A stretch of 64,000 nt of DNA from Abditibacteriaceae bacterium (GTDB taxonomy: Bacteria > Armatimonadota > Abditibacteriia > Abditibacteriales > Abditibacteriaceae). Below, piece by piece: positions 19,156 through 27,796 of the stretch. The stretch lies in NCBI GenBank assembly GCA_965277285.1, contig OZ255721.1, forward strand, positions 3,296,001-3,360,000, read 5' to 3'. Position 1 is the stretch's first letter; each line of letters starts with the position of its first letter. A program made the translations under genes and the position numbers. Under the pieces are notes generated by a model. It saw only the letters and a program-made list of their open reading frames with translations. It was not told the origin of the DNA and ran no database searches.

Positions 19156-20160
19156 TCATTGCATCAAGCCGTTGAGTTCGGTTTGCGAAAAGGAAATGTT
19201 CATTGTGGCTCCAGTGTCCTGCACGATTTTTTGCGCGATCAGTTTCGTAGTCGGCGCGAGAATCGAAAAGTGCGAGGCGCGCGGCACCGGCAGAAAATGC
19301 AGGTTCGGATTGGTCGAATACTTCTGCAAAATCTGCAACGACGTGTAATTGCTCGGTTTGTCCATGCCTTCAAAGACAAAGGTCGGATGGCTCACATCTT
19401 TCATCCAGTAAACCGGCGCGCGCAACATGGATTCGGTTTTGTTGGTGACATCGAATGGCACTTCGTCGGCGCCGTAAGTGCGCGGCGAAGTCACTGGCCC
19501 GAAGGCAAACGTCGCGCGAAAACGGTTTGGCATTTCCGAGGCGAGCAGCGCCAGAGTTCCGCCGGTGCTGTGTCCGCCCAGATAAATGCGGTTCGGATCA
19601 ACGAAAGGTTGCGTTGATAAATAGTTTGCGGCAGCCAAAACATCGTCGACTTCGCCGTAAAAGCCTTCTTTGAAGCCCGGATTCTTGTTGCCGCCGCGCA
19701 ACGAGGGATACATCATGACGATTCCGGCCCGGCGAAAAGCGCTCGCCGATTGATCGTTGTCGACAGGCGCGGGCTGCCATGCTCCATCGTCGATGCTGTT
19801 GCTGAAGCCGCCGAAAATCCAGATGATGGCCGGATGCTTTTTGCCGTCGCGCGGATCGGCGCTCAGATACGCCGCCAACTTTCCGATGGATGAAGGGTAA
19901 GAAACGGTTTGGAAAAGTTTGGCGGGCGGCGTCATTATGGCATGGCCATCGGTGGTTTGTCTCACCAATTGCGTACGATAATTACGGCGCGCGTCCGCCA
20001 GCGAAATCGTGGGCATCCGAAAAGTGCGGCGAGGCGCAGCCGTTTGAGGCGCAATGGCTTGAGGTTCAACATTGGGCAAGGTTTGTCCAATGCGCGCGCA
20101 GCCCGCAAAAAGTAGTGCCGTCACGATGAAAAGAAAAATTTTGGCGGAAAAAAGTCTCAT
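19156..20160 (-). CDS. Alpha/beta hydrolase (S9 peptidase-like) lipoprotein
   Basis: Lipobox LFAGC; nucleophile elbow RIYLGGHSTGG; YGEVDDV. Confidence 0.82.
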   Translation of the reverse strand: MRLFSAKIFLFIVTALLFAGCARIGQTLPNVEPQAIAPQTAAPRRTFRMPTISLADARRNYRTQLVRQTTDGHAIMTPPAKLFQTVSYPSSIGKLAAYLSADPRDGKKHPAIIWIFGGFSNSIDDGAWQPAPVDNDQSASAFRRAGIVMMYPSLRGGNKNPGFKEGFYGEVDDVLAAANYLSTQPFVDPNRIYLGGHSTGGTLALLASEMPNRFRATFAFGPVTSPRTYGADEVPFDVTNKTESMLRAPVYWMKDVSHPTFVFEGMDKPSNYTSLQILQKYSTNPNLHFLPVPRASHFSILAPTTKLIAQKIVQDTGATMNISFSQTELNGLMQ

Positions 20161-20277
20161 AGCGACAATAATACAACCTTTTCGCCTTTCGAGTACTCGA
20201 TATTGAATGCAACGTTCCAAACGCCGGAACTGATAATAGGCAAACTTCGCCCCGCGCAGCGATACTACAAAGACATT

Positions 20278-22533
20278 ATGCCCAAGAAACCAAAAACCTC
20301 TTCTTCCACCATGAAAAAAGCCGTCAGCAAAAAACCGACGACTTCTCGCTCTTCAACTCCAACATCGAGTACTCGAAGCGCCACCAATCGTCCCAAAGAT
20401 CGCGGACAAAATGCCAAAGCTGCCAATCCACAAAGTACGGATGGTGCGCCGACTATCAAAACCCGCAACCCGAAAACACCTCAAGTCGAAAACCGCAAAA
20501 CGCGTCGCCTGGCTTTGCAGCGCGAAGTCAACGAACGCGAAGAAGCGTCCGCTCATTCCAGTGCGTCGGGCGAAATCGTCGCGCCGCAAATTCCAAATGT
20601 CGACGTCGGAAGTGAAAACGCCGATGAAGTTGCGGCAACAGAAATTGCACTTGTCGAAAACGTTGCGCCCCAACCGGACAATGTTGAAGTAACAAGCGAA
20701 GCAACGAACGAAGTTGCGCCGCCAGAAACGGCTGCGAGCGTTGAAGTTGTCAATCCGCAAACCGCCGATGACGAAGCGCAACCCGAAAAGCCGCGCAAGA
20801 AAATTCGTAAAACGGAAAACGACGTGCCTGCAAAAAATGACGCGCCCGCGAAAAACGTTGAAGCGCCAACAGTCAAAGCGCGCAAAGAAAAAGCGGTCGA
20901 AGCCAAGGCTGAAGAAACCGAATCGCAAAACGAAAAAATGGACAACGAAGACACGCCCGCGTTCGACGAACTCGGACTGGACGAAAGCATCACGCGCGCG
21001 ATTTCAGCTTTGGGTTTCGAGACGCCGACGCCAATTCAAGCGCGCTCAATTCCTTTGCTGCTACAAGGCCGCGACATCATCGGTCAGGCGCAAACTGGAA
21101 CCGGAAAAACCGCCGCTTTCGCTTTGCCAATGATTCAGAAAATTGATGTCAATCGCCGCGAAACGCAGGCTTTGGTGTTGGCACCGACGCGCGAACTGGC
21201 GATTCAAGTCGCGGGCGGCATTTACGATTTGGCGAAGCATACATCCGCGCGCGTCGTGCCGGTTTATGGTGGACAGCCGATTGATCGCCAGTTTCGCGCG
21301 CTGCAACAAGGCGCGCATATCGTGGTTGGAACGCCCGGTCGAGTACTCGATCATTTGCGTCGCGGTTCGCTGTCGCTGGAAAACGTGACGTTTTGCACGC
21401 TGGATGAAGCGGACGAAATGCTGGCGCTGGGTTTTCTCGAAGATATGGAAACGATCCTGGCGATGCTGCCCGAAAATCGTCAACTGGCGTTTTTCTCGGC
21501 CACGATGCCGCCGCGCATCGCGGCTTTGACCAAGCGTTTTCTGAAGAATCCCGAACACGTCGCCATCGACACCAAGCGCCGCACCGTCGATGCGATTGAA
21601 CAAACTTATTATGAAGTTCCCCGTGGCAAAAAGCTGGAAGCGCTGGGTCGAGTACTCGATATGGAAACGCCCGGCCCGACGATTGTGTTTTGTCACACGC
21701 GCCAGGAAACCAACGATTTATCCGAAGCCTTGCGGTTGCGCGGCTACAGCGCCGAAGCCTTGAACGGCGAAATGAGCCAGGCCGACCGCGAGCGCGTTTT
21801 GCGCCGTTTCCGCGACGGTCAGGCCGACCTTTTGGTGGCGACCGATGTCGCGGCGCGCGGTCTGGATATTGATTCGGTCACGCACGTCATCAACTACAAC
21901 TTGCCGTGGGATGTCGAGCAATATATCCATCGCATCGGGCGCACAGGCCGCGCCGGACGCAAAGGCGACGCGATCACTTTGGTCGAAGCGCGCGAACGTC
22001 GCAAGCTGAAGTTTATCGAGCAGATGACGGGCGCCAAAATCAAACCGGCGCGCATTCCGACGAGCGCCGACATCGCCGCGCGGCGCCGCGAAAACTTCGC
22101 CGACGGGTTGCGCACGGCTTTGGAAGCGAGCGAGTACGAGGCGCAGTTGTCGATTGTCGAAGAATTGAGCGAAGAGTTCGATACGGCGGAAATCGCCGCT
22201 GCCGCTTTGCAGATGTTGTGGCAATTGCAACACAACGCGCCCGACGACAGCGGCGAAGAACTTTCGGCAGGCGGCGAGCAACCCGAAAACGGCATGACGC
22301 GCTTGCAATTAGGTATTGGCCGACAAGACGGTTTGCGCGTCGGCGAATTGGTCGGCTTGATTTCCAAAGAGTGCGGCCTGAACGCGCGTTCTATCGGCAC
22401 CATTGAACTTTTGGATCGCTCGACGTTTCTCGAAGTGCCAAGCCGCGAAGCCGAAAACGTGTTGCACGTTTTGCGCGACACGCCGTTCAAAGGTCGTCGA
22501 CCGAAAGCCGATTTCGCAGCACCACGCGCCTGA
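20278..22533 (+). CDS. deaD: DEAD-box RNA helicase (DeaD/CsdA type, DbpA-like C-terminal domain) with long low-complexity N-terminus
   Basis: AQTGTGKT, PTRELA, TPGRVLD, DEADEM, SAT, ARGLD and HRIGRTGR; alternative start at 20938. Confidence 0.9.
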   Translation: MPKKPKTSSSTMKKAVSKKPTTSRSSTPTSSTRSATNRPKDRGQNAKAANPQSTDGAPTIKTRNPKTPQVENRKTRRLALQREVNEREEASAHSSASGEIVAPQIPNVDVGSENADEVAATEIALVENVAPQPDNVEVTSEATNEVAPPETAASVEVVNPQTADDEAQPEKPRKKIRKTENDVPAKNDAPAKNVEAPTVKARKEKAVEAKAEETESQNEKMDNEDTPAFDELGLDESITRAISALGFETPTPIQARSIPLLLQGRDIIGQAQTGTGKTAAFALPMIQKIDVNRRETQALVLAPTRELAIQVAGGIYDLAKHTSARVVPVYGGQPIDRQFRALQQGAHIVVGTPGRVLDHLRRGSLSLENVTFCTLDEADEMLALGFLEDMETILAMLPENRQLAFFSATMPPRIAALTKRFLKNPEHVAIDTKRRTVDAIEQTYYEVPRGKKLEALGRVLDMETPGPTIVFCHTRQETNDLSEALRLRGYSAEALNGEMSQADRERVLRRFRDGQADLLVATDVAARGLDIDSVTHVINYNLPWDVEQYIHRIGRTGRAGRKGDAITLVEARERRKLKFIEQMTGAKIKPARIPTSADIAARRRENFADGLRTALEASEYEAQLSIVEELSEEFDTAEIAAAALQMLWQLQHNAPDDSGEELSAGGEQPENGMTRLQLGIGRQDGLRVGELVGLISKECGLNARSIGTIELLDRSTFLEVPSREAENVLHVLRDTPFKGRRPKADFAAPRA

Positions 22534-22540
22534 AGCGGAT

Positions 22541-22653
22541 AATAGCCACAAAGATCACAGAGAGCACAAAGAAAAACAGAAGAAAAACGACATGTATAGT
22601 TAAATCGTCCCTCTTTTGAATTCTTTGTGCTCTCTGTGATCTTTGTGGCTATT
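22541..22653. repeat. Family C-related palindrome with 33-bp perfect inverted repeats between convergent genes
   Basis: aatagccacaaagatcacagagagcacaaagaa (22541-22573) pairs with 22621-22653; overlaps the stop codon of the AEC gene. Confidence 0.85.
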
Positions 22654-23584
22654 TCAACAAGCGCACCAGGAAAATCGCGGCGGAAACCGTGATGACCGAC
22701 AGCAAAGTCGAATAAAAGACGACGGAGCTGGCGTAATCGGCTTCGTTGTCGTATTCAATCGCGAGCAGAGCGGAATTGATCGAAACCGGAAAACTGGCGG
22801 CCACGACAAGAGATTGCGTCAGGGCGAGCGGCATTTGCATCAATCGCGCGAGGAAAAATCCCAGAATTGGCGACACGATCAAGCGCAAAAGCAGCGTCCA
22901 CACAATCGGCGCATCGACGCGGAACGACTTCAAAAGCGCCATCTGCGCGCCCAAGGTCACTAGCGCAATCGGCACCAAACCGTCGGACAAATAATGCAGC
23001 GCGGTGTTGACGGGCAGCGGCAAAGTCCAGCCGGTCGCGCGCCAGGCGAAAGCGACGAACAGCGTTTGCAGCATCGGCAGTTTCCAGATGGCGCCCAGCG
23101 TTTCGCGGTGCGTTGAACCTGTTTTGCTGCCCGCGTGCATTCCCAAACCAATGGTGAAAGTCGTGGTGTTTTGCAGCATCATCACCATCGCTTGAATGGC
23201 GACGCCCGCCGCGCCAAACGCAAGTTGCGCCGCGGGAACGCCGTAATTGCCCGCGTTGTAGAAAATCACCGAATTGGTCATGGCGCGCTTCAAACCGTTA
23301 CTCGCGCCCAACAAACTGGCGATTTGCCAGGTCGGTACCCACAAAATCGCGCCGAGCGTGAGAAAATGCGCGACGATGAGCGCGATGTCATGCGCCGAAA
23401 GTTTCGATTCGACGATGTAAACGAACAAAAACGCGGGCACGAAAATCCAGAAGTTCAAGCGTGTGAGCGTTCGTATATCGAAACCCAGACGTTTTTGAAC
23501 GCCGTATCCGACGCCCATCAGCAGGAAAATCGGCGCGATGACAACGGTGATGATTTGCGCGAAAAGAGAAAAAGCGGAAAGCAC
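22649..23584 (-). CDS. AEC (auxin efflux carrier/malate permease) family transporter
   Basis: PIFLLMGVGY, FYNAGNYGVP, PIALVTLG and VFYSTLLS; about 10 TM segments. Confidence 0.85.
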   Translation of the reverse strand: MLSAFSLFAQIITVVIAPIFLLMGVGYGVQKRLGFDIRTLTRLNFWIFVPAFLFVYIVESKLSAHDIALIVAHFLTLGAILWVPTWQIASLLGASNGLKRAMTNSVIFYNAGNYGVPAAQLAFGAAGVAIQAMVMMLQNTTTFTIGLGMHAGSKTGSTHRETLGAIWKLPMLQTLFVAFAWRATGWTLPLPVNTALHYLSDGLVPIALVTLGAQMALLKSFRVDAPIVWTLLLRLIVSPILGFFLARLMQMPLALTQSLVVAASFPVSINSALLAIEYDNEADYASSVVFYSTLLSVITVSAAIFLVRLLK

Positions 23585-23716
23585 GAGAAGCCATTTTAAC
23601 TACAAAGACACTAAAAGAACAAAGAATCGAGTACTCGAAAGTGAGAATGACAAACTTCGGCTCCTGAAACAGCTTTCTGAAACAAAGATGGACTTCTACT
23701 TGCTCGTTAATAGGGC

Positions 23717-24475
23717 ATGAAAACTCCCCTTTCTCCAACTGCTTCCGATACAAAGTCCAAGATTGTGACACACGATGTCGAATATCGGCAGGGCGACACG
23801 GCTTTGCAAGGCTATATCGCTTACGATGAGGCGTTCGAGGGCGAGCGTCCCGGCGTTTTGATCGCGCATCAATGGATGGGTTTGAGCGACAACGAAAAGC
23901 GTCGCGCGAACATGCTGGCCGAGATGGGTTACGTCGCTTTCGCCGTTGATGTTTATGGCAAAGGTATTCGCCCCAAGACGGTTGAAGAAGCGATGGCGCA
24001 GGCCGGAAAGTATCGCGCCGACCGACCTTTATTGCGCGAACGCGTCGCGGCGGCGGTCACGGAACTGCGCAAAAATCCTTTAGTTGACACCGAACGTTTG
24101 GCGATTATCGGCTATTGTTTTGGCGGAGGCGCCGCACTCGAACTGGCGCGTAGCGGCGCCGACCTCAAAGGTTTCGTTTGCTTTCATGGCAATTTGGATA
24201 CGCCTGACAGAAGCCTGGCGAAAAATATCAAAGGCAAGCTGCTGGTGCTCAACGGCGCGATTGATCCTTTCATCAAGGCGGAAGCGATTGCGAGGTTTCA
24301 CGACGAAATGGAAGCCGCCAAAGTCGATTATCAGTTCATCTCTTACAGCGGCGCGGTTCACGCCTTTACGCAGCGCGATGCTGGCGATGATGTTTCCAAA
24401 GGTTTCGCCTACGACGCCAAAGCCGACCGCCGCAGTTGGCAAGCGATGCAAGACTTCTTCGCTGAAATTTTCTAA
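23717..24475 (+). CDS. Dienelactone hydrolase family protein
   Basis: PGVLIAHQWMG, IGYCFGG, FHG and YSGAVHAF. Confidence 0.92.
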   Translation: MKTPLSPTASDTKSKIVTHDVEYRQGDTALQGYIAYDEAFEGERPGVLIAHQWMGLSDNEKRRANMLAEMGYVAFAVDVYGKGIRPKTVEEAMAQAGKYRADRPLLRERVAAAVTELRKNPLVDTERLAIIGYCFGGGAALELARSGADLKGFVCFHGNLDTPDRSLAKNIKGKLLVLNGAIDPFIKAEAIARFHDEMEAAKVDYQFISYSGAVHAFTQRDAGDDVSKGFAYDAKADRRSWQAMQDFFAEIF

Positions 24476-24491
24476 GCAACTTATCGAAAAA

Positions 24492-24596
24492 AGAACACGG
24501 AGCTTCGCTACACGGATCGAACGGATGAACACGGATTTTCTTTTGGTTTGCATCCGTGTGAATCTGTTTTATCTGTGTAGCGAAGCTCCGTGTTCT
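24492..24596. repeat. Palindromic element, family D (cacggat-rich)
   Basis: agaacacggagcttcgctacac...gtgtagcgaagctccgtgttct; related to 29449 and 43134. Confidence 0.8.
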
Positions 24597-24724
24597 CTTC
24601 TAAAACGATGCTTTAAAAATATACAAAAGCTCCACGTTGCAGATAACGCGGAGCTTTTTGCTGTCAATCGAGTACTCGATTTCTCTTGGCGTTTTGGCGG
24701 TTCGCAAAGTTAAACTGAGCGCCC

Positions 24725-26137
24725 ATGAAAGTCACTCAAGTCGCGCTTCGTCCGACAACGGCGTCCCAAGAAGCCGGTCGTCCTGCTCTCACGCCCGAAC
24801 TTTTGGCCGCCAGTGGCGCGCGCTATTCGCGTTCCAGCGAAGGTTTGGACGCCATTCTCGCCAAAATCGACCCGAACAACCTGGATAGATCCGTCGATTC
24901 CATCTTTAAGATGATCGACTATGGTCATCAATCCATTGCCGATATGGTTCCCGTCGCCATTTTTATGGACGGCGTTTCGCTCTGGCTGGCGTATTATGTC
25001 TGGTCGCTTTGCCCGACGGCGGGCGGTCAGGAATCGAGTACTCGATACATCAATTATCAATCGCTGGAAGAGTTGCGCGCGACGGATTTCGGCATCGCGG
25101 AAAAGCACGAAACGGAATGGAAAACCGGCGTGCGCAACGCCTTTGAATGTTACGATGCGGCGTTGGCAATCTGGGAAGAAATCGCGGCGCGCGAGCCAAG
25201 CGTGATGCGACTTCCTCAAAGTTTGCTGGAAGATTCGTCGGAAAAGGCGCAAAAGCAAATCGCGCGAATGCGCCGCAATTATGCCTTTGATCGCGCGCGC
25301 TATTTTCTGCCGATTTGTGCGCCAACCAACATGATGATGATCCAATCGGCGCGCGCCTGGACAAGTTTGTGCCAACATCTTTTGTCACACGTTTTGCCCG
25401 AAGCGCAACAATTGGGAACATTGATTCGCGCTGAACTTGAACTCGCCGCGCCGCGCATGACGCGTCACGCCACGGCGAAAACTTCAATTCAGCAAGGTTT
25501 ACAAAACGAATGGCGGAAGTTACAGCAAATGGCGAAAAACCGTTGTGAACACTTGGAAGGAAACGCCGATTCCGAACATCCGCCGCGCGCGTTTTTGAAC
25601 GTTGATTTGCCGCCGGACGTAACCGAGAACGACATTGCGGAAAGTTTGAGTTTCCACGACAACCGCTATGCGTGGCTTGGTTCGCCGTTGCAAAGATCGA
25701 GTACTCGATTCGGCTGGAAAGCTGTCGCGCTGGCCGAAATCCGTGATTTGAATCGCCATCGCACCGGAACGAAATGGTGTCCTCTCGTTCCGCAAGGTTT
25801 CTACGCCGCTCTGGAGCAATTGCCGACGCAATTTGAAACAGGATTCGGCGACAAATTGCGCGCGTTGAATGAACAAGAGAAAGCTGCTTCGCGCTACGCG
25901 CTGGAATTGCTGCGCGAAGGCGAAAACTCTTACGTTTACTCGCTTTTACTGGGCACACAATTCTCGTTTGAACATACGACGACAGCCGACAAGTTTATTT
26001 ACGAAGCCGAACTGCGAACTGGAACCGGCGCGCATTATCGTTACGCTGAACATCTGCGCGACGTTTTGGCTTTGTGGTACGAGAAGTTTCCACAAACCCA
26101 CGGCCTGGTTTTGGAAGGTAGCGCGGAACCAGAGTGA
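24725..26137 (+). CDS. FAD-dependent thymidylate synthase-like protein (long, two-domain ThyX type)
   Basis: ARYSRS, YGHQSIAD, QESSTRY, FDRARYFLP, RDLNRHR and YEAELRT motifs. Confidence 0.7.
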   Translation: MKVTQVALRPTTASQEAGRPALTPELLAASGARYSRSSEGLDAILAKIDPNNLDRSVDSIFKMIDYGHQSIADMVPVAIFMDGVSLWLAYYVWSLCPTAGGQESSTRYINYQSLEELRATDFGIAEKHETEWKTGVRNAFECYDAALAIWEEIAAREPSVMRLPQSLLEDSSEKAQKQIARMRRNYAFDRARYFLPICAPTNMMMIQSARAWTSLCQHLLSHVLPEAQQLGTLIRAELELAAPRMTRHATAKTSIQQGLQNEWRKLQQMAKNRCEHLEGNADSEHPPRAFLNVDLPPDVTENDIAESLSFHDNRYAWLGSPLQRSSTRFGWKAVALAEIRDLNRHRTGTKWCPLVPQGFYAALEQLPTQFETGFGDKLRALNEQEKAASRYALELLREGENSYVYSLLLGTQFSFEHTTTADKFIYEAELRTGTGAHYRYAEHLRDVLALWYEKFPQTHGLVLEGSAEPE

Positions 26138-26454
26138 AAACCATGAAACGTTATATTCTTGTGCTGCAATTTTCGTTTTCGAGCATTGACGATTACGATG
26201 CAATGATTCAGTTAGAAGACGACCTTGTTCGCTCGTTATGCAGATTAGCTGAAGTCGACGGACACGATGCCGGAAGCGGCGAAATGAACATCTTCATCTT
26301 TACGGATGATGCGCAACAGACATTCGAGGAAGCTGGATTTGTGGTTAAAAGATCAAGTTTGTTTTTGAAAGCGGCGGCTTTTCGATTAGTTGAAGGCGAA
26401 GAATACACAAGACTCTGGCCGATTAATTCAACTATCCCTTTCGTCGTCACATAA
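26134..26454 (+). CDS. Small hypothetical protein (AT-richer)
   Basis: Overlaps the upstream stop (GTGA); VDGHDAGSGEMNIFI; function unknown. Confidence 0.6.
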   Translation: MKTMKRYILVLQFSFSSIDDYDAMIQLEDDLVRSLCRLAEVDGHDAGSGEMNIFIFTDDAQQTFEEAGFVVKRSSLFLKAAAFRLVEGEEYTRLWPINSTIPFVVT

Positions 26455-26475
26455 AAGTTACGCAAGGCTTTGTCA

Positions 26476-26542
26476 CGCAAAAACGGCGCAAATCAACGCG
26501 ATTCGGTTACAAAGAATCGCATTGATTTGCGCCGTTTTTGCG
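26476..26542. terminator. Long hairpin between convergent genes; probable bidirectional terminator
   Basis: cgcaaaaacggcgcaaatcaacgcgattc / gaatcgcattgatttgcgccgtttttgcg. Confidence 0.6.
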
Positions 26543-26564
26543 AACGAAGTTAGCGTAACACTCT

Positions 26565-26990
26565 TTATGCCAGCGACGCATCGAGCGTGATTTCCAATCC
26601 AGGTCGCAGCAGGTTGGAAACGGGACAGGCTTTTTCGGCTTCTTCGGCCAACTGTTTGAACTGCGCTTCATCGACGCCAGGAACACGGCCTTTGGTGACA
26701 AGGTGCATTTTGTCGATTTTGCCGCCATCCAGTGAAATCGTCGCTTGCGTTGAAATTTCTTCGGGCACATGACCTTTGCCGCTGAGGTAATTGGCGAACG
26801 CCATGCTGAAACAGGCGGCGTGCGCGGCGGCGATCAGTTCTTCGGGATTGGTGCCTTTGGCGTTTTCAAAGCGTGTCGCAAAAGTGAAAGGCGTCGCGTT
26901 CAAAACGCCGCTGGTCGCGTCAATCGTTCCGCTGCCGCTCTTCAAATCGCCCTTCCAGGTGCCGGTCGATGTCCTCAAAATTGCTGCCAT
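26565..26990 (-). CDS. osmC: OsmC family peroxiredoxin
   Basis: WKGDLKSGSG, GTNPEELIAAAHAACFSMA and CPVS. Confidence 0.9.
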   Translation of the reverse strand: MAAILRTSTGTWKGDLKSGSGTIDATSGVLNATPFTFATRFENAKGTNPEELIAAAHAACFSMAFANYLSGKGHVPEEISTQATISLDGGKIDKMHLVTKGRVPGVDEAQFKQLAEEAEKACPVSNLLRPGLEITLDASLA

Positions 26991-27092
26991 ATCGTTCGTC
27001 CTCCAAGATTGAAAGTGGGTTTTCCCGCGCGCGAAGTCGCAATTTAGGAGCCGCTAAAGGACTCTTTGTTCATCGAGTACTCGATTCGTGTT

Positions 27093-27590
27093 TTAGGCGC
27101 TGGCTTCGGCCAAAAGTGCGCGCAAATCGAGCGCGCCAGTGAACATTTCTATTTCGCCATGGGCGTTGCGCGGCCACAAACTTGGGTCGCGGTCGCAATA
27201 AAGTTCGACGCCGTTCTGGTCGGGATCGCGCAGGTAAAGCGCTTCGCTGACGCCGTGATCGCTGGCGCCATCGAGCGCAATGCCAGCCTCGCCCAAACGT
27301 TTCAACGCATCGGCGAGCGCGGCGCGATCAGGATACAAAATCGCCAGGTGATAAAGTCCCGTGCTGTGCGCGGGCGGTGGCGCGGCGCCCAAACTTTCCC
27401 ACGTATTCAGCCCGATGTGATGATGGTAGCCGCCAGCCGAAATAAATGCCGCGCCTTTGCCATAGCGCACCACCAACTCGAAGCCCAGAACGCCACAATA
27501 GAATGCGAGAGAACGCTCCAAATCGGCGACTTTAAGGTGAACATGACCAATGCGAACGCGCGCATCAATCGGTTTTGTTGTCATTTCCAT
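27093..27590 (-). CDS. VOC/glyoxalase family protein (CatE-like)
   Basis: IGHVHLKVADL, GGYHHHIGLNTW, GLYHLAI and DHGVSEALYLRDPD. Confidence 0.88.
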   Translation of the reverse strand: MEMTTKPIDARVRIGHVHLKVADLERSLAFYCGVLGFELVVRYGKGAAFISAGGYHHHIGLNTWESLGAAPPPAHSTGLYHLAILYPDRAALADALKRLGEAGIALDGASDHGVSEALYLRDPDQNGVELYCDRDPSLWPRNAHGEIEMFTGALDLRALLAEASA

Positions 27591-27638
27591 GAGAATAGAA
27601 GCACTCCTGCAAATACGGGTGGAAGATCGAATTCAGCA

Positions 27639-27768
27639 GTTTGTCATTCTGACGGGTGCCTTCTGGGCAGTGCGAAGAATCTGGCACCAAGTTAGATTCT
27701 ACAGCCCAGCGAAAAGCAAGTTTTTGCTTTTCTAACGGGCGCCCAACGCTGCGCTCAGAATGACAAAC
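27639..27768. repeat. REP-like palindrome, family B (expanded copy)
   Basis: gtttgtcattctga...gcgaagaatct...agattct...gctcagaatgacaaac. Confidence 0.7.
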
Positions 27769-27796
27769 CGCGAGTTTGAAGCAGTAATTTATAAAA

